Positions 21,581-32,172 of a stretch of DNA of 64,000 bases are shown piece after piece (positions within the stretch are counted from its first letter, which is position 1; each line of letters opens with the position of its first letter). Origin of the DNA: Alkalinema sp. CACIAM 70d (GTDB taxonomy: Bacteria; Cyanobacteriota; Cyanobacteriia; Leptolyngbyales; Leptolyngbyaceae). The position numbers were made by a program, and so were the translations under genes. Location: contig MUGG01000034.1 of assembly GCA_002148405.1 (NCBI GenBank), positions 1 through 64,000 of the forward strand, in the 5' to 3' direction. The notes beneath the pieces are model-generated. The model saw only the letters and a program-made list of their open reading frames with translations. It did not search any database and was not told where the DNA came from.

Positions 21581-23485
21581 ATGGCCTATTGCTTTAATCC
21601 AAGCTGTGCCCATCCCGAAAATCCCGATCGTGGTGCTTTGAATCAGGACTTAAGCGATCAGGGCTTGAGCAGTCCAGTGGGTGACTATCTTTGTGCCCAT
21701 TGTGGTCAGCCTTTACGATTGCGCGATCGGTATTTCGGGGTGCAACGGCTGGGGCAAAGTACCCGACACCAAACGATTCTGGCGCAGGACTGTTGGAGCA
21801 ACCTGCCCCTCCACCCCAATCAGTCCAGAGTCGTCTTGGTGCAGGTGGTATCTCGATCGGCTGCATCGATCGCGCTTTATCGCACATTGCAAATTCTGAC
21901 AAAGAAGGCAGATTCTCGAATTCCTCCGCTGCTAGATGTATGGATAACGGATGAAAATCTTTACTTGGTTTGGCAATACATTACTGCTGATAACTTAGTT
22001 ACTGTCATTAACGAGCGTAGCCTATTGACCGAACCGCAAATTTGGCAATTTCTGCGGCAAACTTTAGCGATTCTTCAAGCATTACATCGATCGAGAATTG
22101 TACATCGTCATATTCAGCCCAGTCACCTGTTACAAACTGTGGAAGGACAGTATTACTTAGTCGGTTGGCAGTCAATTCAGCAAATCGATACAGTGGAACC
22201 CTCTACAACATTCGAGTCAGTAGATTCTCAATTACAAGATTCAACGGTAGAGGATATAAACCCAGAATTGGTTGGCAGTGCGGAATATGCAGCCCCGGAA
22301 CAATTACAAGGACATGCTACGGCGGCCAGTGACCTCTACAGTTTGGGCGTCACCTGTCTCTACCTACTGACGGGGCTTTCACCCTTTGCCCTATGGGACG
22401 ATGGAGCACAGAATTGGCGATGGGACGCTCTGTTACCGGAAGCGGTGAGTGAATCCTTGCAGTCTTTACTCGATCGATTAATTGCACCCAATTTATCCGA
22501 TCGATTTACCAGTGTTGACCAGGTGTTACAGGCCATGGGAGAACCCATCTCTCCTGCATCTTCTGTAACAATTCCACCCGCCAGTCCTTGGTGCTGCCAG
22601 CAAACGTTAGTCGGACATCGGGGAGGCGTGACGGCACTGATTTGGTCTGGGCCACGATCGCGGTTGTTCAGTGCTAGTCAGGATCAAACGATTCGGGTGT
22701 GGGATTTGCAGCGATCGGATCCCGTCCATATTCTGCTTGGCCATCGGAAAACCGTATCCGCCCTAGCACTGACCCCGAATCACCAGGAATTGATTTCAGC
22801 GAGTCATGACAAAACGATTCGGGTGTGGGATTTACAGAGCAATACTTGTGTCCGGGAGTGGATTGCTCACGCTCAAATTATTACAGGATTAGTCATCATT
22901 CCTAATATGAGTCATATCGTGAGTAGTAGTTGGGATAAAACACTGCGATTATGGAATTGGCAAACAGGAGAATTACTCCAGACGTTAACAGGCCATCGAT
23001 TGCCGATTAGCGCGATCGCAGTCAGTCTCGATGGGCGATGGTTAGCGAGTGCCAGTCACGATCGAACAGTGCGAATTTGGGATTTGGCGACGTTGCGACC
23101 ACACCAGGAGTTGGAGGGCCATACCTGGGCTGTGACAACAGTGGCATTTAGTCCCGATGGGCAATGGTTGGCGACGGGCAGCGACGATCGCACGATTAAG
23201 ATTTGGCGGGTGGACAATGGTAAGTTACTCCAAACGCTTCCAGGTCATGGGTGGAGCATTACGGCGCTGGCGTTTAGGGCCGATGGGCAATGGCTGGCTA
23301 GTGGCAGTTGGATGCCTGCGGTGCGGCTGTGGCAATGGCAGCAGGGGCGCGGTTTTGGGCTGAATGGGGTGAACGGACAGCATCATAATTTTGTGAATAC
23401 GATCCTTTGGACGGACGATCGCTTAATTACGGGCAGTCAAGATCAGACGATTCGGGTTCACCTTAAGATGGAGACGGAAGCCTAA
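21581..23485 (+). CDS. 4-Cys zinc-ribbon + degenerate Ser/Thr kinase (predicted pseudokinase) + WD40 repeat protein
   Basis: The N-terminus is CFNPSC...CAHCGQ. The kinase fold has all catalytic residues replaced. There is no GxGxxG, VAIK is VVLVQV, HRD-x-K-xx-N is HRHIQPSH, and DFG is VGW, while APE is retained (AAPEQ). Then come about 7 WD40 repeats (LxGH...WD). The ATG lies 5 nt after the flotillin stop, and the TTG-extended ORF overlaps it. Confidence 0.8.
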   Translation: MAYCFNPSCAHPENPDRGALNQDLSDQGLSSPVGDYLCAHCGQPLRLRDRYFGVQRLGQSTRHQTILAQDCWSNLPLHPNQSRVVLVQVVSRSAASIALYRTLQILTKKADSRIPPLLDVWITDENLYLVWQYITADNLVTVINERSLLTEPQIWQFLRQTLAILQALHRSRIVHRHIQPSHLLQTVEGQYYLVGWQSIQQIDTVEPSTTFESVDSQLQDSTVEDINPELVGSAEYAAPEQLQGHATAASDLYSLGVTCLYLLTGLSPFALWDDGAQNWRWDALLPEAVSESLQSLLDRLIAPNLSDRFTSVDQVLQAMGEPISPASSVTIPPASPWCCQQTLVGHRGGVTALIWSGPRSRLFSASQDQTIRVWDLQRSDPVHILLGHRKTVSALALTPNHQELISASHDKTIRVWDLQSNTCVREWIAHAQIITGLVIIPNMSHIVSSSWDKTLRLWNWQTGELLQTLTGHRLPISAIAVSLDGRWLASASHDRTVRIWDLATLRPHQELEGHTWAVTTVAFSPDGQWLATGSDDRTIKIWRVDNGKLLQTLPGHGWSITALAFRADGQWLASGSWMPAVRLWQWQQGRGFGLNGVNGQHHNFVNTILWTDDRLITGSQDQTIRVHLKMETEA

Positions 23486-23499
23486 TTGAGATTGGATTT

Positions 23500-24246
23500 A
23501 TGCTGCTGCATCTGTGTACTTGGCCGGAAGTGGAAACCTATCTTCAACGATCGCGGGGGATTTTGCTGCCGATCGGGTCTACGGAGCAGCATGGGCCGAC
23601 GGGGTTGATTGGAACGGATGCCATCTGTGCTGAGGCGATCGCGAAGGGCGTGGGCGAGGCAACAGAAACGTTGGTGGCACCGACGATTAATGTGGGGATG
23701 GCGTTGCACCACATGGCCTTTCCAGGGAGTATGAGCCTGAAGCCCAGTACGTTAATTCTAGTAATTCGTGATACCGTCACGAGTTTGGCCAAGGCAGGAT
23801 TCCGTAAGTTTTTCTTTATCAATGGCCATGGCGGTAATGTGGCGACGCTGAAGGCAGCCTTTTCGGAAACCTATGCCTACCTGGGGGAAATAGGTCTGCA
23901 AGGGGCTGAGGATGTACAGTGTGCGGTGTGCAATTGGTATATGGGGGGTGGGGTGTATCGGCTCGCCAAGGAACTCTATGGAGATCAGGAGGGTTCCCAC
24001 GCGACGCCGAGTGAAGTGGCGGTGACGCAGTTTGTCTATCCGGAGGCGATTAAAACTGCGCCGTTGAGTGAACCTGTGGCCAAGGGGCATAGGATTTATG
24101 GCGCGATCGATTTTCGGCGGCGCTATCCCGATGGGCGCATGGGGTCGAATCCAGCCTTGGCAACGCCGGAACATGGCCAGCAGTTCTACGAGTTAGCCGT
24201 GAAGGAAATCACCCAAGATTATTTAGCTTTTTTGCAGGCAGAGTAG
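23500..24246 (+). CDS. Creatininase (creatinine amidohydrolase) family protein
   Basis: STEQHGPTGLIGTD and INGHGGN motifs. Confidence 0.85.
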   Translation: MLLHLCTWPEVETYLQRSRGILLPIGSTEQHGPTGLIGTDAICAEAIAKGVGEATETLVAPTINVGMALHHMAFPGSMSLKPSTLILVIRDTVTSLAKAGFRKFFFINGHGGNVATLKAAFSETYAYLGEIGLQGAEDVQCAVCNWYMGGGVYRLAKELYGDQEGSHATPSEVAVTQFVYPEAIKTAPLSEPVAKGHRIYGAIDFRRRYPDGRMGSNPALATPEHGQQFYELAVKEITQDYLAFLQAE

Positions 24247-24508
24247 AACTGGTACTAGATACTTACTCAACCTAGACACAAGGAGGTGCATTCGCTTGAG
24301 CATTATCCCCACAGATGGGGAACCTAGTAGTGGAGCAACCTAGATTCAGCAGCGACATCAATACAGTCCAAGCAGCGTAATCAGGGAGCGTTGGAGCCAG
24401 TCCTCCTTGGCAGTCCGCCAGGGGGAGTCCCAGGACTCGATAACCCTAGACAGGTCTGTCCAGAAATCGTTATGGTAAAGCTATCTTTCAGGTAGACTAT
24501 TCCATTTT

Positions 24509-25843
24509 ATGACTCAAATTTGGCGCTGGATCGCAGGCGTTACAGGGAGTATGCTGTCCGGGAGTCTGTTGCTAGGGGGCTGTCTTGCGGAGAAAATTGA
24601 CCCCGATCGCGCAGCCGATCGCCTTGCCAAGGCCCAAGCTCAGCCCCTAGCAACCCGCCCCCAGAAACCTACCCAGCAGCCGGTCCAGCAGCCTGTCCAG
24701 CAACCTCAGCCTTCCAATCAGCAATTTTTAGTCCTCTCCGGTGGGGGCTCCCCCGAGTCCAATGAAATCGCGATCGAGAAAAATGTTTTGTATTTTCAAC
24801 GCACCTTAAAGAACCTAGGATTCAATCCCCAAAAAGCAACTATTTGGTTCGCCAACGGCAACTCTGGAGAAGAAACCGTTCGTTTTTTGGATAATAGGAA
24901 AAAAGAAACATTTAAAGCACCGGAAATTCCAAATCTTAACGGTGCATCAACGATCGAGAATTTGAAACAATCATTACAAAAACAGCAACATTTAAAACCA
25001 CTATTTTTCTACTTTACAGGTCATGGCTATCACAACAAAGAAGATGAAAATGATAACGCCATGATTCTCTGGGAAGATCGATTTCTGACAGTACAGAAAT
25101 TCACTCAAATGCTGGATCAATTACCACTTAAAAAACCAGTGGTTTCCGTCATGGTGCAATGCTACGCTGGCGCATTTGCCAACTTAATTTATAAGGGCGG
25201 CAATCCGCAAAATCCCGTTGCACCCCACGATCGCTGCGGCTTTTTCGCGACTGTTAAGCAACTTCCCTCCGTCGGTTGTACCCCGGAAGTCAACGAAGCC
25301 GATTATCAAGATTACAGTTCCAGCTTTTTTGCGGGCTTGAGCGGGATCAATCGTGTGGGCAAGCCCGTGAGCTCCGCCGACTACGATCGCAACGGACGCA
25401 TTTCCTTTCGGGAAGCCCATGCCTTTGCCAAAGTCGATGAACAGGCTGCCGACTTACCCATTTCCACCTCCGAGGCTTGGTTACAGGAACAATTGAGCGA
25501 GACCGATCGCGATCGTATTTTAGAAAAACCGATTAACCAGTGGCTGAAATTTGCCCGTCCCGACCAGCGCCACGTCGTCGCCACGCTGACCCAACGGTTG
25601 AAATTCAATCCCCAACTGTCCTTAAGCACTAATCTGGAACGGAACCCCCTCAAAGAATCAGACGAATTGGCCAATACCTACGCAGGACGGTTAACCATGG
25701 AACTCTGGAACATTGGTGCAGAACAAAAAATTCGGCAGTTTTCCCGCAAGGCGAAATCATTAAATCCAAAAGCCAAACCCAGCCCCGCGATCGTCATTCT
25801 GGAAAAATTACTGCGCTGTGAAGCGGCTTCGCTTACTTCTTAG
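24509..25843 (+). CDS. Lipoprotein with clan CD cysteine-peptidase (legumain/caspase-like, C13-like) catalytic dyad
   Basis: Lipobox LLGGC. The catalytic motifs are His-Gly in FFYFTGHG and, about 46 aa later, Cys in VQCYAGAF. This matches the hhhhhxxHG...QxCxxG spacing of legumain and caspase. Confidence 0.5.
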   Translation: MTQIWRWIAGVTGSMLSGSLLLGGCLAEKIDPDRAADRLAKAQAQPLATRPQKPTQQPVQQPVQQPQPSNQQFLVLSGGGSPESNEIAIEKNVLYFQRTLKNLGFNPQKATIWFANGNSGEETVRFLDNRKKETFKAPEIPNLNGASTIENLKQSLQKQQHLKPLFFYFTGHGYHNKEDENDNAMILWEDRFLTVQKFTQMLDQLPLKKPVVSVMVQCYAGAFANLIYKGGNPQNPVAPHDRCGFFATVKQLPSVGCTPEVNEADYQDYSSSFFAGLSGINRVGKPVSSADYDRNGRISFREAHAFAKVDEQAADLPISTSEAWLQEQLSETDRDRILEKPINQWLKFARPDQRHVVATLTQRLKFNPQLSLSTNLERNPLKESDELANTYAGRLTMELWNIGAEQKIRQFSRKAKSLNPKAKPSPAIVILEKLLRCEAASLTS

Positions 25844-25955
25844 CTTGCAGGTCTCGTTCGTTCATTTTTAATGCTTCTTTTTTCTAGGGAGGTCTATTTT
25901 TCCCAGGGGCCAAATCGCGGTAATCTTGGGGGGCAGTTTTGGCTCGATCGTGTCC

Positions 25956-26699
25956 ATGTCCGATTTGATTTACCGCTATCCCCCGTTACTTTCAGGCACC
26001 CTCCTGACTCGCTACAAACGCTTCTTTGCCGATGTGGAATTGGATAGCGGAGAAATCGTGACGGCCCACTGTCCCAATACGGGGCCAATGACTGGCATCT
26101 ATCGTCCCGGCCATCGTGTTTTACTGTCCAAAAGCGATAGCAAAACGCGCAAATTGCCCTACACCTGGGAAATGATCGAACTGCACGATCGCGAGCAACC
26201 TGTGTGGGTCGGTGTCAACACCGGACTGCCCAACAAAGTCGTTAAACTCGCGATAGAACAGCGCATCCTGCCCACCCTGCAAGATTACGAAACCCTACGC
26301 CACGAAGTTCCCTACGGCCAAGAAAAAAGCCGCATCGACTTTCTCCTCACCACCTCCAACAAACCCATCTACGTCGAAGTCAAAAACACCACTTGGACCG
26401 ATGGCAGCCTTGCCCTCTTTCCTGACACGGTGACGACGCGCGGCCAAAAACACATTCGCGAACTGGCGGCGCTGCTTCCTGAGTCCCGTGCGGTCATGCT
26501 GTATTTCATCAACCGGGGGGATTGCGATCGCTTTGCACCGGGAGATAGCAAAGATCCACTTTATGGCAAATTGCTTAGACAGGCCGTTGCCCAAGGCTTA
26601 GAAGTTTTACCCTGCTGTTTTGACATTAGCCCAGAAGGAATTCGCTATCAGGGCCTAGCGCAGTTGGCTTGGCAACCTGTCGAAAAACTGGCTGAATGA
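25956..26699 (+). CDS. sfsA: Sugar fermentation stimulation protein homolog
   Basis: YRYPPLLSGTLLTRYKRFFADVELDSGEIVTAHCPNTGPMTG is the SfsA signature. The track start at 25926 is TTG, and the ATG is at 25956. Confidence 0.85.
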   Translation: MSDLIYRYPPLLSGTLLTRYKRFFADVELDSGEIVTAHCPNTGPMTGIYRPGHRVLLSKSDSKTRKLPYTWEMIELHDREQPVWVGVNTGLPNKVVKLAIEQRILPTLQDYETLRHEVPYGQEKSRIDFLLTTSNKPIYVEVKNTTWTDGSLALFPDTVTTRGQKHIRELAALLPESRAVMLYFINRGDCDRFAPGDSKDPLYGKLLRQAVAQGLEVLPCCFDISPEGIRYQGLAQLAWQPVEKLAE

Positions 26700-26955
26700 A
26701 GCTTAATAGAAGCAAGATCCATAAATTATCCAGCGAAATTAATTTTTGTTCATGATTTTCGATCGATCGTGAGAATACTTAAACCAGGGCAGTCGCACAC
26801 TAAATTTTGGACAACTTAAAACAAGTGGGTTCAAAAAAAAGTTTGTGTGTTTAAATGGGCGGAGATCCCCTAAATATCTTCGGTTCCACCGTTTATCCAT
26901 CCCCATTTTTCTCGTACGAACCACCCCTTTGAGGGTGCACAGTTTGCTGCGAGCA

Positions 26956-27107
26956 ATGCTTTTCACGGGCATGCTTTTCACGGGCAAAGTTTGTTGTGAA
27001 CAAGTTGCGAACAAGATTTGTTGTAAAGACCATGAAGCAAGTGATCCAAGCACTTATACAACGATGCAAATTGCAAGGCTACAAATTGCAAGGCTATTTA
27101 CAAGGCT
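26956..27107. repeat. Two short tandem-repeat blocks in the 5' region of the M23 peptidase gene: ATGCTTTTCACGGGC x2 (26956-26985) and CAAATTGCAAGGCTA x2.5 (27067-27107)
   Basis: Adjacent perfect copies seen directly. The second block encodes KLQGYKLQGY if it is translated. Confidence 0.8.
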
Positions 27108-27733
27108 GCAAGTTAGCTTCGCTGAGCCGTCGAATCGTTCTGATGGGGTTGGGGCTGTTCGCCACTTTAAGCCTGTCTTGGGTCGGCCATCATGCTGTTA
27201 ATGCCTTTGAAGCCAATCAGTACGCAACGGGGAGCAGCACCTGGCAGGGCGCATCTTTCCCCGTCGAAAATTTCCAAGGCTATACCTCCCCCTTTGGGTA
27301 TCGTGCTTCGCCCACAGGTGACGGCACCCAATTTCATCGGGGACTGGATATGGCAGCGCCTGAAGGGAGCTACGTTCGCAGTTGGTGGACCGGTAAGGTG
27401 GTAGAAGTTTCGGACGACTCCGCCTGCGGAACTTCGGTGGTAATCGAATCCGGCGAGTGGGAACACATCTATTGCCATATGCAGGGTTATGTCGAGCGGG
27501 ATGGGCAAGGACGGCCCTACCTCAGCGATCGGGGCGGCGGCCTGCAAATCTATGAAGGCCAAGACATCAGCGCTGGCACTCGCATCGGACGGGTGGGAAT
27601 GACAGGCAGAACCACAGGGCCGCACCTCCATTGGGGCTTGAAATATGCCAAGCAATGGGTTGATCCAGCTCTAGTTCTCCGTGCCATGTATGCCGAGCAA
27701 AGTCGCACCCAAACGATTTCCAGCCAACCGTAA
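27030..27733 (+). CDS. M23 family metallopeptidase (LytM/lysostaphin-like), secreted
   Basis: HRGLDMAAPEGSYVRS...GPHLHWG are the M23 motifs, and an RR-hydrophobic signal-like segment precedes them. The start is uncertain: GTG at 26996 or ATG at 27030. Confidence 0.75.
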
Positions 27734-27806
27734 GCTCAGGGAACCGTAGGCTTAGGGAGCAGTGTAGAAATCCAAGCCTAAATTGACTGCTCCCACCCCC
27801 ATTGTC

Positions 27807-29003
27807 TTAATCCGATTGAGAGAGCCGCTTGCCGACTTCTCCGCCCAGTAATTCGTGGGTTTCCCGGAGCAGTTGGGGAATTTTTTCTGCAAAGGGACTC
27901 TTGAGGAGTAGCGGCTTCAGACTTTCTGGATCAAAGTGTTCAGCGCGGGATCCAGGAAACCAATGGCTGGCTTGGCCTAGCAGGTTATAGCGCATTTTGG
28001 CATAATCCTTCATGTCGTAGGCTAGGGCCAAGTTCCGCAGCCAAAGAATCACCGGAATATTCAGCCGTCCTGGGGTTTCATCCACCTTGGGTAAGCCGAT
28101 CGACCAGTGCTGCCACCAATCCGCACCCAGAGTGTCGATCGCCGCCTGCTCCAAACGCTCGATGATTGGGTCCATAATTTCCGTCGCTTGATCGAGGAGA
28201 GGCAATGTCTTCAAATGCTCATCAAAATCGCTGGGTTTAGCGGCCCCAATACTCAAAGTATGGATTTGGGGATGGCTGAGGCAGAACAGGTTATTGAAGA
28301 CGATCGGGCTGAGGGGCGCACAGAGATCGACCAGCTTCTGGGGTGGATCGTAAAGTTTGCCACCTTTATCCGAAGGGCTGATGATGAAAACGCCCATATC
28401 ATGCCGGGTTGCCGCTTCGATCGCGGGCCAATTGCTCTGGTTGATGTAGTACCAGTGCAGGTTGACATAATCAAAGGCATCCGTTTCGATCGCTTGGACA
28501 ATCAGTTCCGTTGGCGCATGGGTCGAAAAGCCAATAAATCGGGCTTTACCTTGGGCTTGCAACTTCTGGGCCGCCGCCAAACATCCCCCCGGTTTGAGGC
28601 AATCGGCCAAATGGCTAGCCGAATTCAGCCCATGAATCGCTAACAAATCCACGTAATCCACTTGCAAATAAGCCAGCGATCGCTCAAATTCCTCTAAAAA
28701 CTGCGTCCCCTCCTCCTTCACTAATATTTTTGTTTGTAGGATAATTTGGTCACGGGGCCGTTGATCTAGCAGTTGAGCTAAGACGGGGCCCAACTGGAGT
28801 TCCGACGTTCCGTAGGCCCGAGCGGTTTCGAGATGGGTAATCCCCAATTCCAGAGCCCGTCGCACCGTGCGTTCCACGTTCTCTTGGTTGTCCAGGGGGA
28901 TTGGATGGGGTGGTGTGTCATTCCACGTGTATTGATATCGCATCCCCCCACAGGAAAACACGGGCATCTTGATCTGCGTGCGTCCAAATCGTCGATATTG
29001 CAT
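27807..29003 (-). CDS. Aldo/keto reductase family oxidoreductase
   Basis: MQYRRFGRTQIKMPVFSCGGM...LELGITHLETARAY is a typical AKR N-terminus. Alternative upstream in-frame starts lie at 29018 and 29087. Confidence 0.8.
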   Translation of the reverse strand: MQYRRFGRTQIKMPVFSCGGMRYQYTWNDTPPHPIPLDNQENVERTVRRALELGITHLETARAYGTSELQLGPVLAQLLDQRPRDQIILQTKILVKEEGTQFLEEFERSLAYLQVDYVDLLAIHGLNSASHLADCLKPGGCLAAAQKLQAQGKARFIGFSTHAPTELIVQAIETDAFDYVNLHWYYINQSNWPAIEAATRHDMGVFIISPSDKGGKLYDPPQKLVDLCAPLSPIVFNNLFCLSHPQIHTLSIGAAKPSDFDEHLKTLPLLDQATEIMDPIIERLEQAAIDTLGADWWQHWSIGLPKVDETPGRLNIPVILWLRNLALAYDMKDYAKMRYNLLGQASHWFPGSRAEHFDPESLKPLLLKSPFAEKIPQLLRETHELLGGEVGKRLSQSD

Positions 29004-29454
29004 AGCAGGCCGATTCATAGTTCTCAGTTCCGATTCCGATCGAGGACTCACACTCATTCCCAACAATTTTCTTGAAACCTTTTGCAACTCAACTGTAGCA
29101 ATCTAGAATAAAGATGGTGAAAATCACCCAGGTGGGTGATCCTGATCAAACCTGATTGGGAATTCTGAGCATATTAGAGCGCTGCATTAGCTGAACTAGA
29201 TGCTTCAGCCTTCGCCAGATAACCCTTCTGGACGGCTGCTAGATACTATGAAAATGGAGACGTTTATTCCTATCCGGTTGATTAATATCCATCCTAGTTC
29301 TATCTTCAGAGGAGGTTTTGACGTAATCTTGGCGTCATCCTAAATCGTATAAAGGTTATATTCACGAATCTTTCACAAACAAAAGTCAGATTTAGGGTTT
29401 CAGCCTAAGTAGTCCATTTTTTCCCTGTTTATCCTTTAGTCTAGTTAACTTGTT

Positions 29455-30498
29455 ATGAACCTTGCAGATCTGGATCAATTAGAAGTTTCCGTTACATCAC
29501 TAGTGTCGGAGGCTGAAGAAGAATTAGAAAGGCAACGATTGCGTAGACAGCGAGCGGAACGCATTGAGAAACGGAGGGTAGAAATCGCGGGTCGCTTAAA
29601 TGGATTGTTAACAAAGGTGGAGTCCGCGATCGCAGCATTTTCTAAAGCGGAAATGGCGGAGAACGAAAAATACCTCGCTCTGAAAGCCCAAGCCGATCAA
29701 GTCAAAGAGCACCTAAATCACTTAGATGAACTGGCTGAAGCAGCGGTCGATGAAGAAATTGAGCAAGAGCTACTCGAAGTTGAAGAACGAAGATTAGATG
29801 AGCGATCGGCGGTTGACCTGTCCCAGTGGCGGCAGGAGTTGAAGGAAGATTTGTTGGAATTAATTGCTGAGCAAGATGATTTTTATGACGCTACCGATGC
29901 CGCCATCACCATTTATGGGTATCGTCATGATCTCAAAGCAGTCCCCGGTGCGCTGGAAGAAGTTGTAGAGGCTCTAGTTAAACAGATTAACGATAACAGT
30001 GATCGCGGCCCCGTTGCTCGTATTCAAGGCACCCACGAAAGCGCGCTGCAATTTATCTACAACAAAGCTTGGGAAAACCGAGGCAACCGTCCTCGCAACA
30101 CCGATCTTCAACCCCAAGTCCGCCACCGCAAAACCGAAAAACGCCCCAATCCCTACACTGATCTGACGGGCAAGGTGGTTATTTTTGGTGGCCACGATCG
30201 GCTGTATACTGCTGTGCGCAACCGCCTACGGGATTCAGACGTGGAACTGGTTTGGTGTACCGCTCAGGAAGGCTTAAACCGTGCCGAGCAGATCGAATCC
30301 CACATTCCCACCGCCGATCTGGTGATGATTTTGACAGGCTATGCCAGCCACAAGCTTACCGAAAAAGCCAAGCACGCCGCCCAGAAAACAGGGAAACCGA
30401 TCGAAATGATCAATACCACCGGATTGGTGACGGTGCTGGAAGCGATCGCTTACAATCTCAAGGTCAAATCCTTGGTAAAGCGGCCTAAATATTCCTAA
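29455..30498 (+). CDS. Hypothetical protein: N-terminal coiled coil and C-terminal DUF2325-like domain
   Basis: The Glu/Leu-rich coiled-coil N-half and the C-terminal VVIFGGHDRLY...LVMILTGYASHKL pattern recall DUF2325. No catalytic motif is recognised. Confidence 0.5.
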   Translation: MNLADLDQLEVSVTSLVSEAEEELERQRLRRQRAERIEKRRVEIAGRLNGLLTKVESAIAAFSKAEMAENEKYLALKAQADQVKEHLNHLDELAEAAVDEEIEQELLEVEERRLDERSAVDLSQWRQELKEDLLELIAEQDDFYDATDAAITIYGYRHDLKAVPGALEEVVEALVKQINDNSDRGPVARIQGTHESALQFIYNKAWENRGNRPRNTDLQPQVRHRKTEKRPNPYTDLTGKVVIFGGHDRLYTAVRNRLRDSDVELVWCTAQEGLNRAEQIESHIPTADLVMILTGYASHKLTEKAKHAAQKTGKPIEMINTTGLVTVLEAIAYNLKVKSLVKRPKYS

Positions 30499-30502
30499 CG
30501 CC

Positions 30503-31573
30503 ATGCCCGTCCTCTCTCCTGACCTGCAAACTCGGCTGTCCCAGCCCCTCCGCCTTGGGGACGTAACCCTATTTAGCCGAGTTTTGCAATCGCCCCTATC
30601 TGGTGTTACGGATTTAGTGTTTCGGCGGTTAGTACGGCGCTATGCCCCGGATTCCATGATGTATACCGAGATGGTTCAAGCCTCCAGTCTGCGCCATCTG
30701 CGGGAGATTCCCACCATCATGGAACTCGATCCCCAGGAGCGCCCCATCAGCATTCAACTCTTTGACTGTCGGCCTGACTTTTTGGCGGAAGCGGCACAGA
30801 AGGCTGTAGCGGAAGGGGCCGATACCGTGGATATCAACATGGGTTGCCCGGTGAATAAAATCACCAAGAATGGTGGGGGATCTTCGCTACTACGGCAACC
30901 GGAGCTAGCTGCCACGATCGTCCGGGAAGTGGTGGCAGCGGTGGATGTTCCCGTTACTGTTAAGACCCGCATTGGTTGGGACGAGAACGAAATCAATATC
31001 CTAGACTTTGCCCAGAAACTGGAAGCAGCGGGCGCAAAAATGCTGACGGTTCATGGTCGCACGCGATCCCAGGGTTACCAGGGATCGGCCAAGTGGGAGT
31101 GGATCCGTCGTGTAAAATCGGTGCTCTCGATTCCTGTGATTGCCAATGGCGATATTTTCTCCGTGGCAGCGGCGGTGCAATGTTTAGAGGAAACGGGGGC
31201 AGATGGGGTCATGTGCTCTCGAGGCACGTTGGGCTATCCCTTTTTGGTAGGGGAAGTCGATTATTTCCTAAAGCAGGGGGAACTGAAACCCACACCTACG
31301 ATCGCTGAGCGGCTGCAATGTGCCCGTGACCATTTGCAAATGCTGGTGGTGTACAAAGGCGATCGCGGGGTCTATCAATCGCGAAAGCATATGGCTTGGT
31401 ACTGTAAGGGCTTTGTTGGTGCAGCAGAATTGCGCCGTCAGTTGAGCCAAATTACCTCCCTTGAAGAAGGGGTCACCTTACTCGATCGCGCGATCGGGAT
31501 TGCCCAATCGCAACCCGATGCAGTTCCTCTACTTGATCAAGAGATGACTTTTGCCTCGCTCGAATCCATGTAG
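30503..31573 (+). CDS. dus: tRNA-dihydrouridine synthase
   Basis: DINMGCPVNKITKNGGGSSLL...VTVKTRIGWD is the Dus FMN/TIM-barrel signature. Confidence 0.85.
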   Translation: MPVLSPDLQTRLSQPLRLGDVTLFSRVLQSPLSGVTDLVFRRLVRRYAPDSMMYTEMVQASSLRHLREIPTIMELDPQERPISIQLFDCRPDFLAEAAQKAVAEGADTVDINMGCPVNKITKNGGGSSLLRQPELAATIVREVVAAVDVPVTVKTRIGWDENEINILDFAQKLEAAGAKMLTVHGRTRSQGYQGSAKWEWIRRVKSVLSIPVIANGDIFSVAAAVQCLEETGADGVMCSRGTLGYPFLVGEVDYFLKQGELKPTPTIAERLQCARDHLQMLVVYKGDRGVYQSRKHMAWYCKGFVGAAELRRQLSQITSLEEGVTLLDRAIGIAQSQPDAVPLLDQEMTFASLESM

Positions 31574-32120
31574 GGCTAGCCAGAAAACTTGTATTGAACG
31601 TCTGTTGGTAAGCTTGACTACATTTTGCTAGTCCCATATCCCGTACAGTTTCTTGTTGGTAAAATCAGTTGGAGTCTACTGTTTCCCAAAACGTTTCCCA
31701 AAACTGAATAAACGAGCCAAGCAAACCACAATCAATTGGTGTGAAGCAATTGGTATGAAAAGTCGCTGGCAATGGGTCGTTAACTTGGAGCCCGGATCAA
31801 GTGAACGAAGCTCAAGAATTGACGAAGTTGAGAGTATTTTAGAAGTTGAGACTCCAGTTAATTCCGCACAGGAATTAACTTTTTAGAAAATATTCATTTA
31901 AAACCACACAAACACTAAAGTTACTGAACTTTAGTTGATCTTACGGTCTAGTTTTAGTGAATACTAAATCTATAAAGGATCACTGAATGCTGAACTCACT
32001 GGACACTAAATTCACTGGACACAAACTGTGTCGGTAGGGCAGTCAAGTTCAAGAGCTGGAGTCAGCGATCGGTTCATGGGTGCATTGACGGTTAAATTCG
32101 ATCGGGTTTAACCCTGCGTT

Positions 32121-32172
32121 GATTAACTAACCAATGATTAACTAGCCAATGGTTAACTAGCTAATGGTGAAC
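32121..32172. repeat. 15-nt tandem repeat x3.5 (GATTAACTAGCCAAT-like) in the long leader of the GAF sensor kinase gene
   Basis: GATTAACTAACCAAT GATTAACTAGCCAAT GGTTAACTAGCTAAT GGTGAAC, a candidate array of regulator-binding sites. Confidence 0.7.

Noticed and set aside
31653-31886. 77-aa ORF in the long leader upstream of the GAF kinase
   Set aside because: It has no SD, atypical composition and no motif. The region is treated as non-coding or regulatory.
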